Assembly (NCBI GenBank): GCA_045593905.1
Contig: JAZNXL010000015.1
Coordinates: 4,572-68,571 of the forward strand
From: Eubacteriales bacterium
Lineage (GTDB): Bacteria > Bacillota > Clostridia > Oscillospirales > QAKW01
DNA length: 64,000 nt
Direction: 5' to 3'
Made by a program: the position numbers and the translations under genes. The notes beneath the pieces were generated by a model. It made no database searches. It saw only the letters and a list, made by a program, of their open reading frames with translations, and was not told where the DNA came from. Below are positions 30,942 to 41,408 of the stretch, piece after piece. Positions within the stretch are counted from its first letter, which is position 1. Each line of letters begins with the position of its first letter.

Positions 30942-31115
30942 ATTGTTACTCCTTTCTTGTACTATATATGTGACCTGATAATAGCAATGCTAAAAAACCG
31001 CATTTTGTGGTATATATACAACATAAAGTTGTGCCTTTTTGCAATGTATGATGTTATAATAATTTTGTATAATTATATATTATATAAATAGCTTATTCCA
31101 GAGAGGTAGAAAATT

Positions 31116-34100
31116 ATGAATCAAACAACAAAGCGTATTTTATCGTTAGTCCTTTCGCTTGTTGTAATGTTGTCAGTAGTTAGTGTTTATACATTTGCTG
31201 CCAACAATTACACCCCGGACGAAGAATATTACAACAACGTTATCAGCGACTCATTTGTTGTAAATCCCGCGTGGGAAGGGTTAGAAAAGGGTGACCCTGT
31301 AACATTTGAATTTGCAGGTAAAACCTATACCGAAAACTTTGACCCTACAACACGTTTTAGTACAATTCAGGCTGCGGTTGATGCTGCTAAATTGATTGGC
31401 GAAAATTACAGTCCTGTAATTGCTCTTTTGCCGGGCTTTTACAACGACCCTGCCGAAATCAGCGCAGACGTTACATTCGTAGGCCCCAACGGCGGTGTTA
31501 ACCCTGTTGTTAAATCAAACCAACCGAATCAGGCTTGGAGCAAAAGCGAAAGATATGACGAAGCAAAGCTTAACGCTGCAATTGTTATTAATACCGACTA
31601 CAGAAAAAACGTTGAGGTTGTTTTTGACGGCGTTACAATGTATCACAAATTTGCTTATATCGACGCTCGTACAATGGTAGCTGAGTCAAACGTTATAGTT
31701 AAAAACACCGTTATTGACGGTGCGGGTAGTGCTAACTACCTTGACTATTCAGCATCATCGGTGTTCTTTTTTGGTAACTCAAGAAACATTACCGCATCGG
31801 TTGAGGTTTGCGATACATATATCGAAAACATGGCTTCATCAAGTGTTTTTAGCGGCCGTGTTACAAACATTAACGTTCACGATATTTGCTTTACCACCAG
31901 CAAGGCAGGTTTGTTAAGCTCTACCGACGGTCAAACCGATATTAACCCGAACTATGTTGTTAAAGATTCTATGTTCTGCAATAACAACGCAACAGGCGGT
32001 GTTATTTCGGTTAACTATTCAACTACCGATACAAACTTAAGAACTTCAACCTCGCTCGAAATTTATAATTGCTCTTTCCTCGATGGCACATATACTGATT
32101 TTAACGAATTAGCCGAAGCTTCACCAATCAACATTACATTGGTTGGACCTAAAAACAACGTAAACATTCACGACAACTTTTTTAAAGGCAAAAGTAATTA
32201 CGAGGCATCGGCAGTAGCTTTCCAATACGCATCAAAAGCTCTTTCTGACGAGATGAAAGACAACATAAAGGTTAACAACAATAAGTTCTGCGGCTTTGTT
32301 AACCTGCCCGATACAGAGGGTGTTAACATTCTTACCTCGCTTGATTTCACAGGCAACTATTTTGCTAACTCGTACGAAAACCAAAAAGACCCTGTATTCA
32401 AGTATCCCAAGAGTGCTGTAAACCTTAAACTCGACTACTTTTATGTAGACAGTGAATTAAAGCACAAAAGCTCTGACTTTTATATGACTGATTTTGGCGT
32501 AAGCGGCGCTCGCATTGACAACTTAAAAAGAGAAGTTTATGCAGTTGTTGATTTTACTCAAAAAATTAATGTAAATATAAAAACAAACAACAATAAAACA
32601 ACATTTAAGTTATATTCAGACCCCGATTGCACACAAGAGGTTACAGTAGTTGACCCAACAACCTTTGGCGTTACCGGTCAAAAAGTGTACTACGCACAGT
32701 CTTCTTCAATTCTCTACCCCTCATACAAATATAAATACACAGTTTACCTTTCTACAAGTGACCCCGCGCAAGCAATTAAGTTTGATAAACCTTCAACATA
32801 TTTTGTATCAGAACAAGTTGCTTCGTACTCAAACGGTTCAGTTTACTACGCTGAGTGGGACGGCATTTCATATTCGTTTATTGTAGGTGAAAATGCTTTT
32901 GCCGACACAGCAGATATTTTTGCCCGTAACGATGCTTGTCCTACAATCTTGTTTTCTCCAGGCGAGTATACAAAAAACATTTATGTTACAAAATCAGCGA
33001 TTATCCTTGGTCAAAAACATGGCATAAACCCCAATGTAACAGACTTTGTTAACTACGATAAGCCGTGGTCAATTAATCCCGAAAGAAGTCAGGCAGACCA
33101 AGAAACAATTCTTAAAAACGCAACAATCGTATTTATGCCCCAAACCACAGGCGCAATATTAGAGGTTGACGGTATTACACTTGGCACATTCTCGGCAATT
33201 GACGACAGAAACTCGCTCGAGAACTTTTCAACAACACTTATCGTAAGCAACGTTATTATAGACGAGGCAGGTAATGCTTCTTATCAGGTACCCGGCAGTA
33301 CATCAGTTACTGCTCCTGCAACAATTATTAACTGCGCACCTTCTGCAGGCAAAGACGCATCTACAAACCACAAAACAGGCCGTTTCACAAACATTCGCAT
33401 GGTTGGTCAAAAAGGACAGCCGCTCTTTGATATGATTGCTGAAAACGCAATTTTCGATGGTATTTATGCAGAAGCAAACAATTCGAAATTGTTCAGAATG
33501 GAGATTACATCTCCTATGAAGCAGAATATGCACTTTGAAATAAGAAACTCGTTCTTTATCAATAACACGATTAGTTCCAGTGACTATTACTTTATCGTAA
33601 ATCACAACATTGCTCGAAGCGCTGAACGAGAGTACAGTGCGTTTGTTCTTAAAAACAATGTGTTCTTTGGCAATACCACATCAAAATGGGGTATTTTTGG
33701 TGTAAGATATGGCTCTGCGCAAGATATTTGCGATTTTTCAAACAATATTTTTGCTTCGAGCGTTGCTGTATCGCTCTCTCCCGGTTCTGTAGGCTGGTTT
33801 ATAGGTGCTGTTGGTAACGGCCCTGTTCTTAACAATCAGGATATTGTTGACCAGGATAACATCATTATTAAGTACAACAGATTTTTAGGTACACTCGGTC
33901 CGTCAGCCTTTACCTTCCCCAGTATGCTTGCTACCAACGAAAAATCAAGATATGATGTTTCGTACAACTACTTTAGTAATTCGCTCGCAAGAGGCGATGA
34001 TGGCGGTGCACCCAAAACTGCAGACGCTATTCGTCACAAATGCGACGTTTACTTTAGTGACTGGGATATGAAACAGCCTTCTGTTGTAACAGAAGAATAC

Positions 34101-36146
34101 AACAAGGCTCTTGGTTATGCTATTAACGCCCCCGGTATCTTAAATGGTAAAACTTATACCGACAATGTGTCGGCACTAACCGAAACTTACGACTTTGATA
34201 TTGAGTTAACAACACCCCAGGCTTCGTATGGTGTATACAGTGACGCTGCTTGCACAAACAAGCTTGCATACCCTGTACAGTTAGCGGGCGGACAAAATGT
34301 GTTCTATATCAGGTTTGAGTCTTTCGACAAGAGCGTTACTGATACAATCACAGCAACAATCACAAAACCCCAATCAACACAGACTGCAGGACTTACAGCT
34401 TTTGGCACTGCTAAAATAGATGGAAACAACATTTTTGCCGTTGTTCCTGTTGGCACAACAACCTATGCTATCCCAAGTGCAAATGTTCCTGTTCAGGTTT
34501 ATAACGACTCGGGTTGTACATTGCCGTTTACAAGCTCGGTTATTACAGGTATTACAACAACACCTATCGTTAAGTATGTTAAAGCAAACGGTGTAAAATA
34601 CACACTCACAGTTTTGCAGGCAGTAAACGACCAGGCTGAACTTATTTCGGTTGGCGGCGGTCAAAGAGTATCTGATACCGAGTTTAAGGTTGATATACTT
34701 TCGTCTTGGTTTATGATTGAGCCTGTTTACTCAAGCGCTGCATCAATAAAAGTAACTGTTAATTCACAAGAGATTGCTCCAAATGAAGACGGTTATTACT
34801 ATATTCAAAATATAGCGACCTCAAAAACTGCAGTTATTACAGTTACTGCCGAGAACGGCAACAAAAAAACATACACTGTTAATATTATAAGAGGTGCATC
34901 AACAAGCAAGGTTGTCAGCATATTCAATATGACTCCTAACGGCTCTGATAACGTGCGTTTTGACACAATCATAAGTGATGCTATATTTAAGGTTGAACCC
35001 ACCTTAGAGGGTATAGGCGCTACCTATCAGGTATATAGCGATAAAGCATGTACTCAACCTGTAATTGACAACATTGCTATTCTTTCAGCTCGTGAAACAA
35101 CCCTGTACTTAAAAGTTGTTTCGGCTGATAAAACCTCAACAAATTTGGTTACACTCAACATTACTTGTACACGTTTTCCAAAGTTTGATAAGGTTGAAGA
35201 ACAAAAATACAATTGGTCAATAGAAGGCGCTACTCTTGTTCCCGGTACAACTGACTGTTATACAGTAGTTGCTAACGAAACAAACTCTAATGCCAAAAAC
35301 TTTAAGCTTGTTGTAAATTTGGAAGGCAAAAAATACAAAAAGAGCTATTTTGAAATACTTGCCGTAGAGGGTGGCGAGCGTGTTGGTGAAACAACAACTG
35401 TAAACAACAAAGCTGCTGTGCCGCTCAATGGCAGAAATACACGTTATTTTGTCAGATTATATATTTGCGAGGGCGAGGAGTCTGTTGCTTCTATAAAAAG
35501 TTATCTTACCATCGTTAGACCTCAGGCTGCTGTTACATACGCCGATGCTGCAGCTACTGCTGATTGGGCAAAACCGTATGTAGATTACCTTAACAATAAC
35601 GGCTTTGCATATTTTGTAGGCGATAGCAACAAAAACTTTAACGCAAACACAGGCATCTCAAGATTTGAGGTTGCAGTTGTTGTTTGTAAAATGCTTGGTA
35701 TTAATGTTAACTACACAAAAACAGGTACCGTTCCGTTTACCGACGAAATTCCTGAGTGGGCATCACCTTACGTAAAGGCTTGCTTTAAGCTTGGAATTAT
35801 GTCAGGTAAATCTGAAACAAGCTTTGATGGTTACGCTAAAACAACAAGACAAGAATTTGCCCGTGTAATTACACAAACAATCGCTGTTTCGCAAGGTGAC
35901 CTTACACCTATTAACGATATTTACTCAACAAACAAAGCGCTTATTGACCTTCTTTATGAAAGAATGGGCTTTGCTGATGAGTCTACGGTTGCCGAGTGGG
36001 CTAAACCCGGTATCCGTCTTGCCGTTGCACACTACAATGTAATGAGTGGCTCGGCTCAAAACGGTAAGCTTTATGTTAACCCCACAAACGATATTACTCG
36101 TCAAGAGGTTGCAGTACTTATTGCAAAACACGAAGGCGCACAATAA
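31116..36146 (+). CDS. 1676-aa cell-surface protein with beta-helix-like repeats and three C-terminal SLH domains
   Basis: Signal peptide. Two long segments rich in N/G-turn repeats, compatible with a right-handed beta-helix. Ig-like spacer segments. C-terminus carries 3 SLH modules (ADWAKPYVDYL..., IPEWASPYVKAC..., VAEWAKPGIRLA...). Confidence 0.8.
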   Translation: MNQTTKRILSLVLSLVVMLSVVSVYTFAANNYTPDEEYYNNVISDSFVVNPAWEGLEKGDPVTFEFAGKTYTENFDPTTRFSTIQAAVDAAKLIGENYSPVIALLPGFYNDPAEISADVTFVGPNGGVNPVVKSNQPNQAWSKSERYDEAKLNAAIVINTDYRKNVEVVFDGVTMYHKFAYIDARTMVAESNVIVKNTVIDGAGSANYLDYSASSVFFFGNSRNITASVEVCDTYIENMASSSVFSGRVTNINVHDICFTTSKAGLLSSTDGQTDINPNYVVKDSMFCNNNATGGVISVNYSTTDTNLRTSTSLEIYNCSFLDGTYTDFNELAEASPINITLVGPKNNVNIHDNFFKGKSNYEASAVAFQYASKALSDEMKDNIKVNNNKFCGFVNLPDTEGVNILTSLDFTGNYFANSYENQKDPVFKYPKSAVNLKLDYFYVDSELKHKSSDFYMTDFGVSGARIDNLKREVYAVVDFTQKINVNIKTNNNKTTFKLYSDPDCTQEVTVVDPTTFGVTGQKVYYAQSSSILYPSYKYKYTVYLSTSDPAQAIKFDKPSTYFVSEQVASYSNGSVYYAEWDGISYSFIVGENAFADTADIFARNDACPTILFSPGEYTKNIYVTKSAIILGQKHGINPNVTDFVNYDKPWSINPERSQADQETILKNATIVFMPQTTGAILEVDGITLGTFSAIDDRNSLENFSTTLIVSNVIIDEAGNASYQVPGSTSVTAPATIINCAPSAGKDASTNHKTGRFTNIRMVGQKGQPLFDMIAENAIFDGIYAEANNSKLFRMEITSPMKQNMHFEIRNSFFINNTISSSDYYFIVNHNIARSAEREYSAFVLKNNVFFGNTTSKWGIFGVRYGSAQDICDFSNNIFASSVAVSLSPGSVGWFIGAVGNGPVLNNQDIVDQDNIIIKYNRFLGTLGPSAFTFPSMLATNEKSRYDVSYNYFSNSLARGDDGGAPKTADAIRHKCDVYFSDWDMKQPSVVTEEYNKALGYAINAPGILNGKTYTDNVSALTETYDFDIELTTPQASYGVYSDAACTNKLAYPVQLAGGQNVFYIRFESFDKSVTDTITATITKPQSTQTAGLTAFGTAKIDGNNIFAVVPVGTTTYAIPSANVPVQVYNDSGCTLPFTSSVITGITTTPIVKYVKANGVKYTLTVLQAVNDQAELISVGGGQRVSDTEFKVDILSSWFMIEPVYSSAASIKVTVNSQEIAPNEDGYYYIQNIATSKTAVITVTAENGNKKTYTVNIIRGASTSKVVSIFNMTPNGSDNVRFDTIISDAIFKVEPTLEGIGATYQVYSDKACTQPVIDNIAILSARETTLYLKVVSADKTSTNLVTLNITCTRFPKFDKVEEQKYNWSIEGATLVPGTTDCYTVVANETNSNAKNFKLVVNLEGKKYKKSYFEILAVEGGERVGETTTVNNKAAVPLNGRNTRYFVRLYICEGEESVASIKSYLTIVRPQAAVTYADAAATADWAKPYVDYLNNNGFAYFVGDSNKNFNANTGISRFEVAVVVCKMLGINVNYTKTGTVPFTDEIPEWASPYVKACFKLGIMSGKSETSFDGYAKTTRQEFARVITQTIAVSQGDLTPINDIYSTNKALIDLLYERMGFADESTVAEWAKPGIRLAVAHYNVMSGSAQNGKLYVNPTNDITRQEVAVLIAKHEGAQ

Positions 36147-36149
36147 AAC

Positions 36150-36182
36150 AAAAGACAGGAACGAAAGTTCCTGTCTTTTTTA
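36150..36182. terminator. bidirectional terminator
   Basis: Stem aaagacaggaac / gttcctgtcttt with gaaa loop and T-run. Confidence 0.8.
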
Positions 36183-38207
36183 TTTTATTTCCTTATAATA
36201 TAAACCGCGTGTAAATTTATCGTAAAACGGCCTTTTTGCCAAAAAGCAGTCAATTACTTTTTTACACTCGCTTTTGCCCTCGTCGGTAAAATACAGCGTT
36301 ATAAAGTCGGCTTTTTTTAGCTGCGAAAGCTTGTCGCCCATATAAATAGGTATTGGGTTAATGAGCTGACAAAATTGCTTTTGTCGGCAAATTACTGTCA
36401 TATCACAACCCAGCCTGTCGGTAAGTGTGCCTTTACCACCGCATTTTTCGCAACCGCCATCAGATTTTATAGGACAGTTTCTGAATGTCATAAGCGGCAT
36501 CTTGCCGTAAGCCACAACACCGCAGGGGATATTATTCTTAAGGCGGTCAAACCGCTCAAGTGAACACTCAAACGAAATTTCGGTGCTAATCGCACCCATC
36601 TTTGCGTATTGCTCAATCGCAAGCGAGTTGTTTATGTTAAGCGCAAACCCGCCCCAAATTTTAAACCCGTGCTGCTTTGCAATGTTTATGGCATAAATGT
36701 TTTGCGCGTATATCGTGTCAATGCCAATAGCTTTTAAATCATCAAGCTTATGGTGTATTGCACCCTCGTAAAACTTAACGGTGGGCAACTCTATTATAAG
36801 CTTTGATGAGTTTGCTTTGCAAAACGCTTTATCCTCGTACAAAACATTATAATCGGCTATTATTTTATCGGCCCTGTCATCAACCTGTGACAGATTTTCA
36901 ACCCTTATAATAAGCTGCTGAGCGGTTGATTTTGGTTGGCAATTTGGTAAACTGTAGCTTGTGTTTTGTTTATACGGTTTAAATTGTGCGCGTTTTTTAA
37001 GCAGATTTTCGGTTGCGTTTTTTCTTAAATCGTTAAGCTGCGACATTGTTAAAAACAGTCCGTCGTCGAGCTCAATGTTAATATCTTTAACATAAAACGG
37101 TGTTGAGCCAAACTTTGTAAGCGAGCGTTTAACAGCCTCAATATCGGTGGCCTTTGTAAGCGCCATTTCGGCAGGCGGTGCTGTAACACACACCTCGTTT
37201 GTGCCGTCGTTTAGTGTTAGTACAATATCTTTATCGCATTTAATTTTTGCATCAACATCAACCGCTACAAGCGGTAGCTCGTTTCGGTATTCGTTTGCTA
37301 TTTTTTTAATGATAGGCGCCGCCGAAACAACGTCTTGTTTTGTGCGGTAGCCAAACATATCGCCATCGCGCTTTGCGGTAATGTATCCGTTTGTAAACCC
37401 GCTTCGCGAAAACACCGCTTTTAAACCTTCGCGGTCGTAGTCGTTGCCAAGCAGAGCATTTTTACAGGCGGTTGTTGCCGCCGCAACATACTCGGGGCGT
37501 TTCATACGCCCTTCTATTTTTGCCGAGTCTATGCCTATATTTTCAAGCTCTTTTAGCATATCAATAGCTGACAGGTCTTTTAGCGATAGCGCGTGGTCAC
37601 GGCTTTTGCTTTTAAAATCAAGTCGGCAGGGCTGTGCACAAAGTCCGCGGTTTGCACTCCGTTGACCTAAAACACTTGAAAGGTAGCACTGACCCGACAC
37701 GCACATACAAAGTGCGCCGTGAACAAATACCTCAAGTTCAAGGCTGGTGTTTGCCCTTATAATTTTTAGTTCTTCAAGTGAAAGTTCCCTTGCGGGTACA
37801 ACCCTTGAAAAGCCTAATTTTTCAAGCTCTTTAACGCCCGATAGATTATGAACGCTCATTTGAGTTGACGCGTGCAGCGGCATATCGGGAACAAGCTGTT
37901 TTATAAGCGAAACTACGCCAAGGTCTTGTACAATAACCGCATCAACACCCGCCTTTGCAATATCGAGTATATACTCTGCAGCCTCATCTATTTCGTTGTC
38001 GGTAATAACCGTGTTAAAGGCAACGTAAACTTTAACTCCGCGCTGGTGACAGTAGGTGACTGCGTCATTGAGTTCGGCAATATCAAAATTGTCGGCATTT
38101 TTTCGCGCATTAAAGTTTTTTGTTCCAAGATACACAGCGTTCGCGCCGCTTCTTACTGCGGCAATAAGCTGTTCTTTAGCGCCAACCGGCGCAAGAATTT
38201 CCATCAT
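36180..38207 (-). CDS. long U32-family peptidase-like protein
   Basis: ELEVFVHGALCMCVSGQCYLS U32 signature. C-terminal Cys cluster CPIKSDGGCEKCGGKG. Confidence 0.85.
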   Translation of the reverse strand: MMEILAPVGAKEQLIAAVRSGANAVYLGTKNFNARKNADNFDIAELNDAVTYCHQRGVKVYVAFNTVITDNEIDEAAEYILDIAKAGVDAVIVQDLGVVSLIKQLVPDMPLHASTQMSVHNLSGVKELEKLGFSRVVPARELSLEELKIIRANTSLELEVFVHGALCMCVSGQCYLSSVLGQRSANRGLCAQPCRLDFKSKSRDHALSLKDLSAIDMLKELENIGIDSAKIEGRMKRPEYVAAATTACKNALLGNDYDREGLKAVFSRSGFTNGYITAKRDGDMFGYRTKQDVVSAAPIIKKIANEYRNELPLVAVDVDAKIKCDKDIVLTLNDGTNEVCVTAPPAEMALTKATDIEAVKRSLTKFGSTPFYVKDINIELDDGLFLTMSQLNDLRKNATENLLKKRAQFKPYKQNTSYSLPNCQPKSTAQQLIIRVENLSQVDDRADKIIADYNVLYEDKAFCKANSSKLIIELPTVKFYEGAIHHKLDDLKAIGIDTIYAQNIYAINIAKQHGFKIWGGFALNINNSLAIEQYAKMGAISTEISFECSLERFDRLKNNIPCGVVAYGKMPLMTFRNCPIKSDGGCEKCGGKGTLTDRLGCDMTVICRQKQFCQLINPIPIYMGDKLSQLKKADFITLYFTDEGKSECKKVIDCFLAKRPFYDKFTRGLYYKEIK

Positions 38208-38268
38208 ATTAATACCTTTAAAATATCCCGAAAACCATCGGCTTTCGGGATATTATTTATAATTTTAA

Positions 38269-39279
38269 TTAAAAACCGTTGGGGTTGTTCTTTTGCCATC
38301 TCCAAATGTCTTCGCACATTTCGTCAATGCCGCGCTCTGCTACAAAGCCAAGCTCTTTTTGTGCTTTTTCGGGGTTAGCATAAATTGAAGCAAGGTCACC
38401 GGGGCGTCTTTCAACAAACTCGTAGGGGATAGTAACGCCGCTTGCCTTTTCAAACGCTTTTACAAGGTCTAAAACGCTGTAGCCGTTACCTGTACCAAGA
38501 TTGTAAACAAACACTCCTGTTTTACCTTCTGCGTGCTCAAGAGCCTTAATGTGACCAATAGCCAGGTCAATAACGTGAATAAAGTCACGAACACCTGTGC
38601 CGTCGGGTGTATCATAATCGTTACCAAACACGCGGAGTTTTTCGAGCTTGCCAACTGCAACCTGTGAAATGTAAGGTGCAATGTTGTTAGGAATACCCTG
38701 CGGGTTTTCACCTATAAGACCGCTCTTGTGAGCGCCAACGGGGTTAAAGTATCTTAAAAGTGTAATAGTCCAGTCGCTGTTTGCTTTTTGAAGGTCGGTA
38801 AGCATAATCTCTTGAAAAAGCTTTGATGTACCGTAGGGGTTGGTTGTGTTGCCAATAGGGAAGTCCTCTCTAACAGGCACTTCTTTAGGCTCGCCGTAAA
38901 CGGTTGCCGATGACGAGAACACAATGTTTTTAACGTTGTGCTTTTCCATAACGTCAATAAGATTAAGTGTGCCTACAAGGTTGTTTGTATAATAAAACAT
39001 TGGCATTTGTGTGCTTTCGCCAACAGCTTTTAAGCCTGCAAAGTGAATTACTGCATCAATCTCGTTTTCGTCAAAGATTTTGTTAAGTGCGTCTTTGTCG
39101 AGCATATCTGCCTCGTAAAACTTAAAGTCTTTGCCTGTAATTTTTTTAACTCTGTTTAAGCTTTCGGGCTTTGAGTTATAAAAGTTATCAAACGCAATTA
39201 CCTCGTGGCCTCTTGTTAAAAGCTCCACCATTGTGTGTGAACCAATATAACCTGCACCGCCTGTTACTAATACTTTCAT
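38269..39279 (-). CDS. galE: UDP-glucose 4-epimerase
   Basis: [16 protein letters not shown] catalytic YxxxK, 336 aa. Confidence 0.93.
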   Translation of the reverse strand: MKVLVTGGAGYIGSHTMVELLTRGHEVIAFDNFYNSKPESLNRVKKITGKDFKFYEADMLDKDALNKIFDENEIDAVIHFAGLKAVGESTQMPMFYYTNNLVGTLNLIDVMEKHNVKNIVFSSSATVYGEPKEVPVREDFPIGNTTNPYGTSKLFQEIMLTDLQKANSDWTITLLRYFNPVGAHKSGLIGENPQGIPNNIAPYISQVAVGKLEKLRVFGNDYDTPDGTGVRDFIHVIDLAIGHIKALEHAEGKTGVFVYNLGTGNGYSVLDLVKAFEKASGVTIPYEFVERRPGDLASIYANPEKAQKELGFVAERGIDEMCEDIWRWQKNNPNGF

Positions 39280-39292
39280 ATTATATATCCTT

Positions 39293-40378
39293 TCAAATTA
39301 AAAATTCATCAATGTCTGACAGCATAACCTTAACAATAGAGAACTGTTCGTTTAAGTCGTAGCAATGGTTTGGTGCAAACAGTACCCTGTCACGAACGGG
39401 AGATTCGGGCAGCGTTATTACAAACGCAAAGCCGCCTTCGTTATGCCGTGTGAATTTAACGCTTCCGCCGCAGTCGGCAGTCAGCTTTTTAACAACCTCA
39501 ATCGACATATCGGTCGAGTTGCTAAGCATATTACTTTTACTGCCCGAGGCGTAAACATCTTTAAAGCTACGCACACCGCCTTGTGCCGACGAAACTATAA
39601 TAATGTTTGAACCGTTTGAGTTAAATGCGTTAATTGTTATTTTGGCTTTTCCAAGACCTAAACACAGTAACGCCGAAACAACATTACAAACAATTAAATC
39701 GAGTGCCTGATACGAAACTCGCGATACAAGCACACCCGCAACATTAATTGCAAACTGTATTTTGTTTTCACCAATATGTCGTGTGATAACACTGGTAATT
39801 CGCTCAAGGTAAGAACCAAGCTCTACAACATACTTTGACGGCTCTTGTAATTTGCTTGTTGCCATAGCCTCAATGTTATAAAACTGCTTTCTTATTGTAA
39901 AAATGTTATTAATTATTTGCTTTGATAAGTCACTATGCTCATTTTCGAGCTTGCTCACAATATTTGCAATATCGGTAGTGCTTTTAACAATTGCACTTGA
40001 TGCTGCATCAACGCATACCTCTATTCCGTATTTTTGCACCCGGTCAAGCTCACTTTTGTAGGTGGGCAAAAGTGTTATAACGTAATAATATATTTTTTCA
40101 AGAAAAACCGGCGTTACGGTTGCTTTTATCGGCAGTTTGTTAAGCTCGCTTATGTACTCAAATGTAAAATACTTTTTAGCGCCTACCGTCTCTTTAATTT
40201 TATTAAGCTCTGACAGTGAAAACAAGCAAGAAAGATGCGTGTTTGCATCGCTCACGCCAAGTAGCTTTTGCGCGCCGTCGGTTGCGTACACCAAATTCAG
40301 CTTGTCGTCAAAGCAAACTACAGCGTCGCTGCAGTCAGCATATATGTTTTTAAAATAGGTATAAATGCTTTCTCTCAT
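39293..40378 (-). CDS. PAS-like + degenerate histidine-kinase-like ATPase protein
   Basis: N-terminal PAS-like segment ([22 protein letters not shown]). C-terminal G2-like box [22 protein letters not shown] could not find a clear H-box or DxGxG box. Confidence 0.4.
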   Translation of the reverse strand: MRESIYTYFKNIYADCSDAVVCFDDKLNLVYATDGAQKLLGVSDANTHLSCLFSLSELNKIKETVGAKKYFTFEYISELNKLPIKATVTPVFLEKIYYYVITLLPTYKSELDRVQKYGIEVCVDAASSAIVKSTTDIANIVSKLENEHSDLSKQIINNIFTIRKQFYNIEAMATSKLQEPSKYVVELGSYLERITSVITRHIGENKIQFAINVAGVLVSRVSYQALDLIVCNVVSALLCLGLGKAKITINAFNSNGSNIIIVSSAQGGVRSFKDVYASGSKSNMLSNSTDMSIEVVKKLTADCGGSVKFTRHNEGGFAFVITLPESPVRDRVLFAPNHCYDLNEQFSIVKVMLSDIDEFLI

Positions 40379-40419
40379 AAAAACATTATATTATATATGT
40401 ATATTTTTGTAAAGTTAAT

Positions 40420-41046
40420 TTATTGCAAATATTTAACAATATCGGTAATACCGTCAACAACGTCAAAGCCTGTTTTTTCAAGCCTTTGTCGGCTCATATG
40501 CCCGCAGCCTACAAGCACACAGTTTGCACCGATTGCTTTTGCAAGCTCGGCATCGCTTTTAAGGTCGCCAACGCATAATACATTGCAAGGCTCAACGCCT
40601 TCTTCTTTTAATATTTCGAGCGCGTTTGCAGTTTTAGAGCCAACATACCTGTCGGGCATACCCTGTATAATGTAAAACAGGTCTTTTATTCCGTAGTCGG
40701 TTACCTCTTCAATAAGATACTCGTGATAAAGCGACGAAAGCAAAATGCTTTTAATGCCTTTTTTGTTAGCCGCTTCAATAACGTCACGCACGCCTTCAAA
40801 AATTGAAATAAGGTGCGAATTGTTTAAAAGCCCCTCTCTATACTCAATCGAAAGCTTTGAAACGTCGTCACAAATACCTACCGTTTTGTAGTAGTTGAGT
40901 ATAGGCATATCAATATCGTTTTTGTATGCGTTAATGTCGGTATGCGAAAGCCCGCGGTTATCAAGCATAAAATTAACCGCCTCAACCGATGCCAAAACAT
41001 CGTTTACAACAGTTCCGTTATAGTCCCAAATAATGTGTGTTATCAT
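40420..41046 (-). CDS. HAD-superfamily hydrolase (phosphoglycolate-phosphatase-like)
   Basis: Motif I is WDYNGT (second Asp replaced by Asn), with GDLKSD as motif IV. Start at MITHIIW (ATG 41046), because the rpmE terminator occupies the longer ORF's extension. Confidence 0.75.
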   Translation of the reverse strand: MITHIIWDYNGTVVNDVLASVEAVNFMLDNRGLSHTDINAYKNDIDMPILNYYKTVGICDDVSKLSIEYREGLLNNSHLISIFEGVRDVIEAANKKGIKSILLSSLYHEYLIEEVTDYGIKDLFYIIQGMPDRYVGSKTANALEILKEEGVEPCNVLCVGDLKSDAELAKAIGANCVLVGCGHMSRQRLEKTGFDVVDGITDIVKYLQ

Positions 41047-41062
41047 TTTTACCGCCTTGTAA

Positions 41063-41095
41063 GAAAAAAAGCCATCGAACAAAAGTTCGGTGGCT
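41063..41095 (-). terminator. rpmE terminator
   Basis: 11-bp stem (one mismatch on the minus strand) followed by a 7-U tract. Confidence 0.6.
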
Positions 41096-41105
41096 AAATT
41101 TTTGA

Positions 41106-41306
41106 TTAGTCAAGATTGTATCTTTTCTTAAATTTGTCGACACGGCCGCCGGAATCTACCAGCTTTTGTCTACCAGTAAAGAAGGGGTGGCATTTTGAAC
41201 AGATTTCAACTTTAATCTCTTTTTTTGTGCTTCTTGTTTCAAATGTTTCGCCGCATGCACATTTAACTACTGCTGTATCGTAATTGGGATGGAGACCCTC
41301 TTTCAT
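41106..41306 (-). CDS. rpmE: 50S ribosomal protein L31 (Zn-ribbon type)
   Basis: MKEGLHPNY...CACGETF...[10 protein letters not shown]. Confidence 0.95.
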   Translation of the reverse strand: MKEGLHPNYDTAVVKCACGETFETRSTKKEIKVEICSKCHPFFTGRQKLVDSGGRVDKFKKRYNLD

Positions 41307-41346
41307 TTTATTTCACCTCTTTTATATTGTTTCATTAGACCGATTT

Positions 41347-41375
41347 ATTGTAGCACAATCATTTAATAATTGCAA
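41347..41375 (-). promoter_or_regulatory. sigma-A promoter for rpmE
   Basis: On the minus strand: TTGCAA, 17 nt (ending TGTGC), TACAAT. Confidence 0.55.
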
Positions 41376-41408
41376 GTATTTTTTTAATATTTATAAAATT
41401 TTTTGCTT

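Noticed and set aside
31039-31060. TTGCAA ... TATAAT upstream of the giant SLH gene, as a possible promoter.
   Set aside because: The spacer is only 10 nt. The alternative TGTATAAT element is 22 nt away. Neither spacing fits a sigma-A promoter.
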